NCBI GenBank assembly: GCA_037968495.1
Contig: JBBKVP010000033.1
Location: forward strand, 26,574 to 90,573
DNA from: Pontixanthobacter sp.
Lineage (GTDB): Bacteria; Pseudomonadota; Alphaproteobacteria; Sphingomonadales; Sphingomonadaceae
DNA: 64,000 bases
Direction: 5' to 3'
The translations under genes were made by a program, and so were the position numbers. A model generated the notes under the pieces. That model saw nothing but the letters and a program-made list of their open reading frames with translations. It did not search any database and was not told where the DNA came from. This document shows, piece by piece, positions 1-8,379 of the stretch (within the stretch, counting starts at the first letter, position 1; every line of letters starts with the position of its first letter).

Positions 1-143
1 GACGCGACGCGCGTGACATGGGCCGCGACGTCGCGCCCTTGAAAGCGGCGGATGATGCGGTTGTGATCGACACCACCGCACTCGATATCGACGCCGCGGT
101 CGAGACGGCAATCAGGATTGTGGAAGGACGTTTGAAAGCATGA
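1..143 (+). CDS. cmk: cytidylate kinase, C-terminal fragment (open at window edge)
   Basis: Frame-3 translation RDARDMGRDVAPLKAADDAVVIDTTALDIDAAVETAIRIVEGRLKA* matches the conserved Cmk C-terminus. Its TGA stop at 141-143 overlaps the next ATG (ATGA). cmk normally lies next to rpsA. Confidence 0.75.
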   Translation, partial: RDARDMGRDVAPLKAADDAVVIDTTALDIDAAVETAIRIVEGRLKA

Positions 144-1141
144 AGACGACGCAACTGGGCAAGGACGGCCCCGAAATCTCGCAGTTCGGCCTTGGTGCGA
201 TGTCATTCGCCGGCATCTACGGCACCGCCAGCGAGGCGGATAGCCACGCGGTGCTGGACGCGGCTTTCGACGCCGGTGTGTCCCACATCGACACGGCCGT
301 TGCCTATGGCGCGGGGCGTTCGGAAGAGATCGTCGGCACCTGGCTCGCCGCTCGGCCCGACGCGCGGGGCAAGACGACAATCGCCACCAAGGCCGCATTC
401 ACGACCGCTCCCGATACCGGCCACCGGATCATCAGCAACGCGCCGGACTATATGGAACGCGAACTGGACAAGTCGCTGAAACGGCTCGGCGTCGAGTCGG
501 TCGATCTGTTCTACGCCCACCGCCTGGAACCGGGTCGCGCGATCGAAGAAGTCGCGGGCGAAATGGGCGCGCTGGTGGCCAAGGGCAAAGCGAAAGCCAT
601 CGGGTTCTCGGAAATCGCGCCAAGCTCGCTGCGCCGCGCGGTCAGCGAGCATCACGTTGCCGCCGTGCAATCGGAATATTCGCTGTCGACACGCTATCCC
701 GAATTGGGACTGGTGCAGACCTGCGCCGAACTTGGAACCGCACTCGTCGCGTTTTCGCCTGTCGGTCGCACCTTTCTGACCGACCGCCCGTTCGATCACG
801 ACGATCTGGAGCGGATCCCGTTCCTGAAGACCAACCCCCGCTTCAAGCAGCCCAACTACGCTGCAAACATCGCGATCACAGATCGCTTTCGGGCATTGGC
901 GACGGACATGAACGAACCGGCGGCGGCGCTGGCGATTGCCTGGCTGATCGCCCAGGGCCGTCACGTCATTCCCATTCCGGGCACGAAATCGCTCGCCCAT
1001 CTGCGCGAACTGGTGCGAGGGACCGAACTGGACCTCGGCGCCGACGATCTGGCCGCAATCGACACCGCCCTGCCCGTCGGTTGGGCGCACGGCGACCGCT
1101 ACAACGCAGATCAGTGGAACGGGCCCGAAAGATACTGCTGA
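140..1141 (+). CDS. aldo/keto reductase family oxidoreductase
   Basis: 333-aa ORF with AKR-like features: GxGxMSF, IDTAxxYG, DLFYAHR, and a C-terminal IPIPGTKS motif. Confidence 0.85.
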   Translation: MKTTQLGKDGPEISQFGLGAMSFAGIYGTASEADSHAVLDAAFDAGVSHIDTAVAYGAGRSEEIVGTWLAARPDARGKTTIATKAAFTTAPDTGHRIISNAPDYMERELDKSLKRLGVESVDLFYAHRLEPGRAIEEVAGEMGALVAKGKAKAIGFSEIAPSSLRRAVSEHHVAAVQSEYSLSTRYPELGLVQTCAELGTALVAFSPVGRTFLTDRPFDHDDLERIPFLKTNPRFKQPNYAANIAITDRFRALATDMNEPAAALAIAWLIAQGRHVIPIPGTKSLAHLRELVRGTELDLGADDLAAIDTALPVGWAHGDRYNADQWNGPERYC

Positions 1142-1270
1142 GGGGTATCGCTCATCCTCGGTTCGCGGGCGATGGAACTGGCGATGCGGGGCTTGCGTTG
1201 CGCGGTGATCGCGCCTATACCCCGCCCCGTCGAAGCGGCGGTTACAGTCGTGAGCGCAAGCACTGGAGCA

Positions 1271-1300
1271 GGGTCGGTATAAAGCCGACCCTTCTCGTTT
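1271..1300 (+). terminator. possible rho-independent terminator after the AKR gene
   Basis: Hairpin GGGTCGG-tataaag-CCGACCC followed by TTCTCGTTT. The U-run is weak. Confidence 0.35.
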
Positions 1301-1412
1301 GCGTATCGCACCTGCGAGCGTCAGAGACCAACCCAAGACCGGCGGAGACAACCGCACGGCCAGATAAATCGAAACGCAAGGAAACGAAACACGCATGTGC
1401 GCTAAAGCAACG

Positions 1413-3092
1413 ATGGAGGAATTCGAAGCCCTCCTGAACGAAAGCTTCGAAATCGACACACCGGCAGAAGGTTCGGTTGTCAAAGGCAAGGTCATCGCGA
1501 TCGAAGCGGGACAAGCCATCATCGACGTCGGCTACAAGATGGAAGGCCGTGTCGAGCTCAAAGAATTCGCGAATCCGGGCGAAGCGCCCGAAATCGAAGT
1601 CGGGGACGAGGTCGAGGTTTTCCTTGATCGCGTCGAGAACGCCCGTGGCGAAGCCTCGATCAGCCGCGACAAGGCCCGCCGCGAAGCGGCCTGGGACAAG
1701 CTGGAGAAAGCTTACGCAGACGAGAAGCGCGTCGAAGGCGCGATCTTCGGTCGCGTCAAGGGTGGCTTCACCGTCGATCTCGGCGGTGCCGTCGCGTTCC
1801 TGCCCGGTAGCCAGGTTGACGTCCGCCCCGTGCGTGACGCAGGCCCGCTGATGGGTATGAAGCAGCCGTTCCAAATCCTGAAAATGGACCGCCGTCGTGG
1901 CAACATCGTCGTCTCGCGCCGCGCCATTCTGGAAGAGAGCCGCGCCGAACAGCGTGCGGAGGTCATCTCGAAAATCCAGGAAGGCGATGCGGTTGACGGT
2001 GTCGTCAAGAACATCACCGAATACGGCGCGTTCGTCGATCTCGGCGGTGTCGATGGTCTGCTGCACGTCACCGACATGGCATGGCGCCGTGTGAACCACC
2101 CCTCCGAGATCGTGACGATCGGCGAGACGGTCAAGGTTCAGATCATCAAGATCAACAAGGAAACCCATCGTATCAGCCTGGGCATGAAGCAGCTTCAGGA
2201 AGATCCGTGGGATGCCGTCGAAGCCAATTATCCGCTCGAGTCGGTGCACACCGGCCGGGTGACGAACATCACCGATTACGGTGCATTCGTCGAACTAGAA
2301 GCGGGCGTCGAGGGCCTGGTTCACGTTTCGGAAATGAGCTGGACCAAGAAGAACGTCCACCCGGGCAAGATTGTTTCGACATCGCAAGAAGTCGAAGTGC
2401 TGGTTCTCGAAGTGGATTCGGAAAAGCGCCGCATCTCGCTCGGTCTCAAGCAAGCCATGGGCAATCCTTGGGAAGAATTCGCCGACAAGCACCCAGTGGG
2501 CACAGTCGTCGATGGCGAAGTCAAGAATGCCACCGAATTCGGCCTGTTCATCGGCCTCGATGGCGACGTGGACGGCATGGTTCACATGTCCGACATCGCG
2601 TGGGGCATTTCGGGTGAAGACGCTCTGGCACTCCACCGTAAGGGTGAAGAAGTTCAGGCCGTCGTACTCGACGTCGACACCGACAAGGAACGCATCAGCC
2701 TCGGCATGAAGCAACTCGAGAAGGGCGCACCTTCGGCAGAAGGCGCATCCGCAGCTGGGTCGCTGAAGCGCGGGGACGTTGTCACCGTGACGGTCCTTGA
2801 AGTTCGCGATGGCGGCCTCGAAGTGCAGGCCGGCGACGATGGAGCCACCGGCTTCGTCAAGCGTTCGGACCTTGGCCGTGACCGTGACGAGCAACGTCCC
2901 GATCGCTTCCAGACCGGTCAGAAAATCGACGCAATGGTTACCGGTTTCGACCGTTCCAAGAAGCCGAACTTCTCGATCAAGGCTCACCAGATTTCCGAAG
3001 AGAAGGACGCAGTGGCCAAGTTCGGTTCGTCCGATTCGGGCGCATCGCTCGGCGACATCCTTGGTGCCGCGCTGAAGAAGAACGAAAAGTAA
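1413..3092 (+). CDS. rpsA: 30S ribosomal protein S1
   Basis: Six repeated S1 domains (GxVxxxxxxGAFVDLGGVDGLLHVS/T type). I prefer the ATG at 1413 (MEEFEALLNESF) over the ORF-track start at 1395. Confidence 0.95.
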   Translation: MEEFEALLNESFEIDTPAEGSVVKGKVIAIEAGQAIIDVGYKMEGRVELKEFANPGEAPEIEVGDEVEVFLDRVENARGEASISRDKARREAAWDKLEKAYADEKRVEGAIFGRVKGGFTVDLGGAVAFLPGSQVDVRPVRDAGPLMGMKQPFQILKMDRRRGNIVVSRRAILEESRAEQRAEVISKIQEGDAVDGVVKNITEYGAFVDLGGVDGLLHVTDMAWRRVNHPSEIVTIGETVKVQIIKINKETHRISLGMKQLQEDPWDAVEANYPLESVHTGRVTNITDYGAFVELEAGVEGLVHVSEMSWTKKNVHPGKIVSTSQEVEVLVLEVDSEKRRISLGLKQAMGNPWEEFADKHPVGTVVDGEVKNATEFGLFIGLDGDVDGMVHMSDIAWGISGEDALALHRKGEEVQAVVLDVDTDKERISLGMKQLEKGAPSAEGASAAGSLKRGDVVTVTVLEVRDGGLEVQAGDDGATGFVKRSDLGRDRDEQRPDRFQTGQKIDAMVTGFDRSKKPNFSIKAHQISEEKDAVAKFGSSDSGASLGDILGAALKKNEK

Positions 3093-3133
3093 ACTCTTGG
3101 TTTTAGCTTCGGCTAAACGCAAGATAAGAATTG

Positions 3134-3171
3134 GCCCGTTTGCTCATAATGAGCGGGCGGGCTTTTTCTTT
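3134..3171 (+). terminator. rho-independent terminator of rpsA
   Basis: Hairpin GCCC(gttt)GCTCA-taa-TGAGCGGGC followed by GGGCTTTTTCTTTG. Confidence 0.7.
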
Positions 3172-3198
3172 GCCTCCCATTGGCATACACTCAGCTGC

Positions 3199-3954
3199 AT
3201 GATCGAAATCCATCAATTCCCCTGCCTGTCCGATAATTACGGATATCTCGTCCACGATTCCGAAAGCGGGGAAACGACCTGCATCGATACGCCGGATGCA
3301 AGCGTGTATCTCGCTGAGGCGGAGGCCAAGGACTGGAAGATCACCCATCTCTGGAACACCCATTGGCATCCCGATCATGCCGGCGGAAACGAAGCTATCA
3401 AAGCCGCGACCGGCTGCACGATCATTGCGCCGCGGGAAGTCGAGCGGATCAGCGCAATTGATCAGGTCGTGAAGCACGGCGATACAGTAAGGTTGGGGAG
3501 CTTCCTTGCCGAGGTGATTGACGTTGGCGGCCACACAAACGGTCATATCGCCTTTCACATGCCGGAAGCAGGTGTAGCATTTGTCGGTGATGCTGTCTTC
3601 GCGCTTGGCTGCGGGCGAATGTTCGAAGGCACACCCGACCAATTCTGGACGAGTTTGGAACGGGTGAAGGCCCTGCCCCCAGAAACCATGCTCTATTGCG
3701 CACACGAATATACCGCAGCGAATGCAAAGTTCGCTGTCCATGCTGATCCGGAGAATGCGACCCTTGCCGCTTATGCAGATGAAATTACGGATAAGCGGTC
3801 ACGCGACGAACGCACCGTACCTATGCCGCTCTCACGCGAGCTTGAGACAAATCCATTCTTGCGGGCGAACAATCCTACGATACAGGCGCGCTGGGGCGGA
3901 AATGCGCCGCATGAAACTTTTGCAGCGCTCCGAGCCGCCAAGGACAACTTCTAA
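3199..3954 (+). CDS. gloB: hydroxyacylglutathione hydrolase (glyoxalase II)
   Basis: The N-terminus MIEIHQFPCLSDNYGYLVHD and the metallo-beta-lactamase motif THWHPDHAGG are typical of GloB. Start taken at the ATG at 3199. Confidence 0.9.
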   Translation: MIEIHQFPCLSDNYGYLVHDSESGETTCIDTPDASVYLAEAEAKDWKITHLWNTHWHPDHAGGNEAIKAATGCTIIAPREVERISAIDQVVKHGDTVRLGSFLAEVIDVGGHTNGHIAFHMPEAGVAFVGDAVFALGCGRMFEGTPDQFWTSLERVKALPPETMLYCAHEYTAANAKFAVHADPENATLAAYADEITDKRSRDERTVPMPLSRELETNPFLRANNPTIQARWGGNAPHETFAALRAAKDNF

Positions 3955-3959
3955 GCACC

Positions 3960-4940
3960 ATGCAAGCTCTGCAGGTTACTTCGCTAAGCGGCGACCTATC
4001 GGGCTGCGAGTTGCTCGATGTGGCAGTCCCGAAGCGCAAGCGCGGCGAAGTGTTGGTACGAATACACGCCGCATCGCTCAATTTTCCCGATCTGCTGATG
4101 ACGCGCGGGGAATACCAATTCAAACCGGGGCAGCCATTTATCGTCGGAATGGAACTTGCAGGTGAGGTGATTGAGGCTGACGAAGATAGCATTTTCACCA
4201 TCGGTGACCGCGTAATGGGCGGCGCCAAGACCGGCGGCATGGCTGAATACGCTTCAGTACCAGAGCGCAACCTTCGTCCTGCCCCGTCCGGGTTTAACTT
4301 CGCGCAAGCGGCAGCGCTTGGAGCGGCCTATACAACGGCATACGCCGCGCTCGTCGAACAGGGCGGCATGGTGGCGGGACAATGGGTGCTGATTCACGGT
4401 GCGAGCGGCGGCGTTGCCCTCGCCTCCGTTGATCTGGCCAAGAGCATGGGCGCGAAAGTCATCGCAGCTACGGGCTCTCCTGATAAAATTGCGCGGATCG
4501 AGAAGCTCTATGCGCCAGACGTCGTGATCGAGAGTAAAGGAAGGTTTCGCGAACAAGTGAGCGAAATCACGGACGGCAAGCTCGCAGATCTAGTTCTGGA
4601 CACAGTCGGCGGCGATATCTTTGACGAGAGCACCCGCTGTGTTGCCTTTGGCGGAAAGCTGTTGGTGGTTGGCTTTGCTAGCGGACGGATACCCAAAATC
4701 GCAGCGAATATTCCGCTGATCAAGGGCTTCTCCGTAATTGGCGTCCGCGCTGGCGAGTATGCCCGGCGCTTTCCGGAACGAGGAGCCCGCATGGCGGCCG
4801 AGGTCAGCCGTCTAGCCACAGAGGGGGCGATCATTCCCGCCATTGATCGTGTCGTTCCGTTGTCGCGCTGGAAAGAGGCGTTTGAGGCAATGGATCGCCG
4901 CCAACTCGTCGGCAAAGTGATCCTGACCCCGGGTAGCTAA
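3960..4940 (+). CDS. NADPH:quinone oxidoreductase / zinc-type alcohol dehydrogenase-like (MDR family)
   Basis: 326-aa ORF with a GroES-like N-terminal domain and a Rossmann motif (IHGASGGVALASVDLAK) typical of the Qor/MDR family. Confidence 0.85.
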   Translation: MQALQVTSLSGDLSGCELLDVAVPKRKRGEVLVRIHAASLNFPDLLMTRGEYQFKPGQPFIVGMELAGEVIEADEDSIFTIGDRVMGGAKTGGMAEYASVPERNLRPAPSGFNFAQAAALGAAYTTAYAALVEQGGMVAGQWVLIHGASGGVALASVDLAKSMGAKVIAATGSPDKIARIEKLYAPDVVIESKGRFREQVSEITDGKLADLVLDTVGGDIFDESTRCVAFGGKLLVVGFASGRIPKIAANIPLIKGFSVIGVRAGEYARRFPERGARMAAEVSRLATEGAIIPAIDRVVPLSRWKEAFEAMDRRQLVGKVILTPGS

Positions 4941-4944
4941 CCTC

Positions 4945-4980
4945 AAAAACAAAAAGGGCGACCACTCGGGTCGCCCATTT
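4945..4980. terminator. terminator between convergent genes, strongest for the minus-strand atp operon
   Basis: Stem GGGCGAC...GTCGCCC, preceded by AAAAACAAAAA (a U-run on the minus strand) and followed by ATTT. Confidence 0.7.
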
Positions 4981-5002
4981 CACTATGTTTGCTTAGAGGA
5001 AG

Positions 5003-5566
5003 TTAAATACTGCCGATGAGCTCATCAGCCAGCTTCTTATCCGCAGCCGCATCATGGTTCTTGGCGATCAATGCAGAGGCGGCGCCGGTCGCTACAACAG
5101 CAGCAGTCTCACGAACCTCAGCGATTGCACTGCGTTCAGCAGAAGCAATCTTGTCTTCAGCCATCTTCTTCCGGCGCGCGACCATTGCCACTGCGTCAGC
5201 TTCAGCCTTCTCGACTATAGCATCGGCTTCACCGCGAGCAGTCTCTAACATGGCTTCAGCATCTTTTTCAGCGCCAGCAATCTTGGCTGTAAATTCGGCG
5301 CGGAGAGCCTCTGCTTCGGCACGAAGCTTCTTTGCTTCGTCCAGATTTTCGCGGATCGCTGCGATACGGCCATCAAGGCCTGCACCGATCGTCTTGTGCA
5401 CCTTCGCGCCAAAAATGGCGATCAGGATCAGCACAGTCATAGCAATCGAAACAATACCAAAAGGCGGAATGCCGAATAGCTCGGGCTCTACGTGATGCGC
5501 CTCACCGTGATCGACTTCGATTGTTGCGGCAGGATCAGTCGTAAAAACTTCAGGGGCATTAGACAT
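5003..5566 (-). CDS. atpF: F0F1 ATP synthase subunit b
   Basis: One N-terminal TM helix followed by a long Ala/Glu/Lys-rich coiled coil. It is the last gene of the atpI-B-E-F2-F operon. Confidence 0.85.
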   Translation of the reverse strand: MSNAPEVFTTDPAATIEVDHGEAHHVEPELFGIPPFGIVSIAMTVLILIAIFGAKVHKTIGAGLDGRIAAIRENLDEAKKLRAEAEALRAEFTAKIAGAEKDAEAMLETARGEADAIVEKAEADAVAMVARRKKMAEDKIASAERSAIAEVRETAAVVATGAASALIAKNHDAAADKKLADELIGSI

Positions 5567-6053
5567 TGGTCATCGCCTCCTTGACCGCCGATTTGGCATT
5601 GGCTGCCGTGACCTTCACCCCAGCAAGCCGTTGGACTATGTCCTGAGCAGCTTCGGCAGCGACAGTCTGAATTTCAGCCATTGCTTCGTCGCGCGATCCG
5701 TTGATGCGGGTTTCAGCTTCGTCCAGTTTCTTGTCGATCCGCTTCTGGGCAGCGGCAAGTTTCTTCTCGCTATCGGCATTGGCCTTAGCCTTCGCATCGC
5801 CAACGAGAGCCTGTGCTGCAGCGCGATTTTCATTCTCGCGCTTACGCCACGCTTCTTCCTCCACATCGGCCTGATCACGTGCAGTCTGAGCTGCCGCGAT
5901 ATCAGAAGCGATCTGGCCGTCACGCTGGGCGACGGTGGCCATTACTTTCGGAACCATGCCTTGGCCGATCACGAAGAAAACGAGGCCGAAAAAGAACAAG
6001 AGCCAGAAGACTTGGCTTGAATATGTATCGGCAATCTGTGCGATCTGAGGCAT
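5559..6053 (-). CDS. atpF2: F0F1 ATP synthase subunit b-prime
   Basis: Second b-type subunit, with one TM helix plus a coiled coil. It lies between atpE and atpF, as is typical of alphaproteobacteria. Confidence 0.8.
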   Translation of the reverse strand: MPQIAQIADTYSSQVFWLLFFFGLVFFVIGQGMVPKVMATVAQRDGQIASDIAAAQTARDQADVEEEAWRKRENENRAAAQALVGDAKAKANADSEKKLAAAQKRIDKKLDEAETRINGSRDEAMAEIQTVAAEAAQDIVQRLAGVKVTAANAKSAVKEAMTNV

Positions 6054-6086
6054 TGAATGCGTCCCGAAGGGTCAGTCAGAAGATTA

Positions 6087-6111
6087 CCGGCCGAAGCGCT
6101 GCTCCGGCCGG
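6087..6111 (-). promoter_or_regulatory. intercistronic stem-loop between atpE and atpF2
   Basis: CCGGCCG...CGGCCGG stem with an inner AGC/GCT pairing and no U-run. This suggests an mRNA stability or processing hairpin rather than a terminator. Confidence 0.35.
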
Positions 6112-6129
6112 CGTTTGTGGTCTTTTAGG

Positions 6130-6357
6130 TCAGGCGACGAAGATCAGGATCATCGCGACGACGAATGCCAGCAGGCCGAGAAGCTCAGCGGCTGCGAAGC
6201 CGATGAACAGGCGGCCCTGCTGGCCGTCAGCTGCGCCAGGATTGCGCAGTGCGCTTTCGAGGAACGAGCCAAAAACATTACCCACACCGATGGCGGCCAT
6301 GCCGGCACCTATAGCTGCGAGACCGGCACCGATCAGCTTTGCTGCTTCTGCGTCCAT
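6130..6357 (-). CDS. atpE: F0F1 ATP synthase subunit c
   Basis: 75-aa hairpin proteolipid, MDAEAAKLIGAGLAAIG...FAAAELLGLLAFVVAMILIF, with a conserved acidic residue in helix 2. Confidence 0.95.
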   Translation of the reverse strand: MDAEAAKLIGAGLAAIGAGMAAIGVGNVFGSFLESALRNPGAADGQQGRLFIGFAAAELLGLLAFVVAMILIFVA

Positions 6358-6399
6358 TGTAATTACTCCTTAGAAAATCAGATAAATTGAAACGAAAAC

Positions 6400-7185
6400 T
6401 TAGTGCAAATTCTCGGCGTCGTTGATGTAAAGCGAGCTGAGCAGCGCAAACACATAGGCCTGAATACCGGCCACGAGAATTTCTAGCGCGCAGATGCCAA
6501 TCATCAGCAGAAAGCTGGGAAGGCCCACCACAGTGCCCCACAGAGCTCCCGCGTTGGTGCCGTCAATCACGAAGCTGGAAAGAACTTCCAGCAGAACGTG
6601 GCCGGCCATCATTGCCACAAACAGTCGCAAAGCGAGGCTGAAGGGGCGCACAAGGAAGGATACGAGCTCAATCGGGAAGATGATCGGGATCATCGGCCAC
6701 GGTGTGCCCTGCGGCACGAAGAGCGAGAAGAAGTGGAAGCCGTGCTTCCAGAAGCCAACGATCAGAACGATCGCGAAGCTGATAATTGCCAGAACGCCGG
6801 TTACGGTGAAGTGGCTGGTGAAAGTGAACGGGTGAACCCCGACCAGACCCAGCGGCAACAGGCCTAGCAGGTTAGCGAACAGGATGAACATAAACAGCGA
6901 GAAGATATAAGGCACATATTTGCGCCCTTCCTTGCCGATGTTGGCTTCCAGCATATCATCGATAAAGCCGGTGAAGCTCTCGACGGCCATCTGCCAGCGG
7001 CCAGGCACCAATTCGCGTTTCATGCCGCCAAGGACGAAAACTAGCAGGGCCACAAAAGTGATGCCCATCCACAGCGCGCTGTTTGTGAACGCAATGTTGT
7101 AGCCCGCAATTTCCCAGCCCTCAGTGCCGGCGAACGGCTTGATGGTGAACTGGTACATCGGGTCGACTTTGGCTGGTACGGCCAC
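6400..7185 (-). CDS. atpB: F0F1 ATP synthase subunit a
   Basis: 261-aa polytopic protein carrying the conserved LSLALRLFVAMMAGH motif of subunit a. Confidence 0.95.
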   Translation of the reverse strand: MAVPAKVDPMYQFTIKPFAGTEGWEIAGYNIAFTNSALWMGITFVALLVFVLGGMKRELVPGRWQMAVESFTGFIDDMLEANIGKEGRKYVPYIFSLFMFILFANLLGLLPLGLVGVHPFTFTSHFTVTGVLAIISFAIVLIVGFWKHGFHFFSLFVPQGTPWPMIPIIFPIELVSFLVRPFSLALRLFVAMMAGHVLLEVLSSFVIDGTNAGALWGTVVGLPSFLLMIGICALEILVAGIQAYVFALLSSLYINDAENLH

Positions 7186-7234
7186 GCTGTCACTAATCCT
7201 TGGCTTCGAGCGAAAATCCGGCCCCTAATCTAGC

Positions 7235-7561
7235 CTATTGGCTATCTTCGGGCTTCCGGCTCGCGGTCCTAATTACATTTCTGAAGGCAACGATGATCCC
7301 GAGGAACAGCATTATCAACAGACCCCACGGGCTGGTTCCGGCAAACTGGTCAATGACCCAACCGATAACCAAACCGCCAAGAATTCCGCCGAGAAGATCC
7401 GCCAATACGCGTGACCCCATGCGATAATTCGCATCGTGTCCCTGTACTTGCGGCTTGTTGCGACCCTCTTCACGCTCGCGTGCGGCCTTAAGCCGCGCTT
7501 CGAGCGCATCGATTCGCGCATCTTCACCGATAGGTTCCCGTACGGGCTTTTCGTCACTCAT
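7235..7561 (-). CDS. atpI: AtpZ/AtpI family ATP synthase protein I
   Basis: Small two-TM protein at the head of the F0 operon. Confidence 0.7.
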   Translation of the reverse strand: MSDEKPVREPIGEDARIDALEARLKAAREREEGRNKPQVQGHDANYRMGSRVLADLLGGILGGLVIGWVIDQFAGTSPWGLLIMLFLGIIVAFRNVIRTASRKPEDSQ

Positions 7562-7703
7562 GCTTTAGTCCTCCAATGGGGGATTCTAGCACGGGCAAAG
7601 AGCCGCCCGCCGAAGGCGTCGCCCCCTTAGAAAAGCGCTTGCCTCAAGTCAACCGGACTAGCGGCTCATTTTGGTGAAAGTTTGCCCGAGCGAGCGCCGC
7701 CAA

Positions 7704-8099
7704 CTAAGGACAGCGGCTGTCGCGCAGTGGCGGAGCGCTGGTGCGGGTCTGCCAGGAGTTGTTAGGTGCCTGATACTTCTCGCCCGGTGCCGTGCGGGCA
7801 ATCGCCAGACAACCGGCGGTGAGGGAGTATTCCTCAAGCGTAGCATTGGCAGCTTGTGCCTTCTCGGCATAAACAGCGCGCCGCTTGATATTAATATCAC
7901 GAACCATCGCTTCGAGCCCGGAATTACCCGCGCCGACAACACCGAGGTAACCGTCCATTTTCTCACCGACCTGACCAGATGCGCGAGCAGCTTCGTAGGC
8001 CGGATCACGCTGAGCCTGCGCAGCCGTAGCGAGACCGCCCAGCGCAAGCGCGGCGGTGCCAATGGTGAGAGCGACATTGCGGTAAACTGAGTTCTTCAT
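7704..8099 (-). CDS. ydbL: YdbL family periplasmic protein (DUF1318)
   Basis: Signal peptide MKNSVYRNVALTIGTAALALGGLATAAQA and motif GYLG...RRAVY. It is the third gene after ydbH and ynbE. Start taken at the ATG at 8099. Confidence 0.75.
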   Translation of the reverse strand: MKNSVYRNVALTIGTAALALGGLATAAQAQRDPAYEAARASGQVGEKMDGYLGVVGAGNSGLEAMVRDINIKRRAVYAEKAQAANATLEEYSLTAGCLAIARTAPGEKYQAPNNSWQTRTSAPPLRDSRCP

Positions 8100-8124
8100 T
8101 TTCCTGCCCTTATCAAACACCGCA

Positions 8125-8379
8125 TCAGAAGATGTCGGCATTTTCATCAATTGTATTGCCCGCATCTTCTGCGAGCCGGTAAATCACTTCCTGCTTTATG
8201 TTGATGTTCAGTTCGATCACGATGGCCTCTTGGGGCGCATTCACTTGAATACAGCCGGTCATCGCGCTCGACCCTATAATCAAGGCCAGCAGTGCCCCCG
8301 TTGTCTGTCTAGAATGCCCCAAATCCATATTTAGACTTGTCGCAGCCATATAGGCCGAGGTCAATTTCTCACGGATCAT
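8125..8379 (-). CDS. ynbE: YnbE family lipoprotein
   Basis: Lipobox SSAMTGC followed by the short IVIELNINIKQEV core typical of YnbE. Its ATG overlaps the ydbH stop (ATGA). The start could instead be the internal Met at 8328. Confidence 0.75.
   Translation of the reverse strand: MIREKLTSAYMAATSLNMDLGHSRQTTGALLALIIGSSAMTGCIQVNAPQEAIVIELNINIKQEVIYRLAEDAGNTIDENADIF

Noticed and set aside
203-2249. Long minus-strand ORFs (203..1522, 439 aa; 1242..2249, 335 aa) opposite the AKR gene and rpsA.
   Set aside because: They lie antisense to confidently identified genes. They are rich in Arg/Ala/Gly/Asp, as expected of the reverse frame of GC-rich coding DNA, and carry no recognisable motifs.
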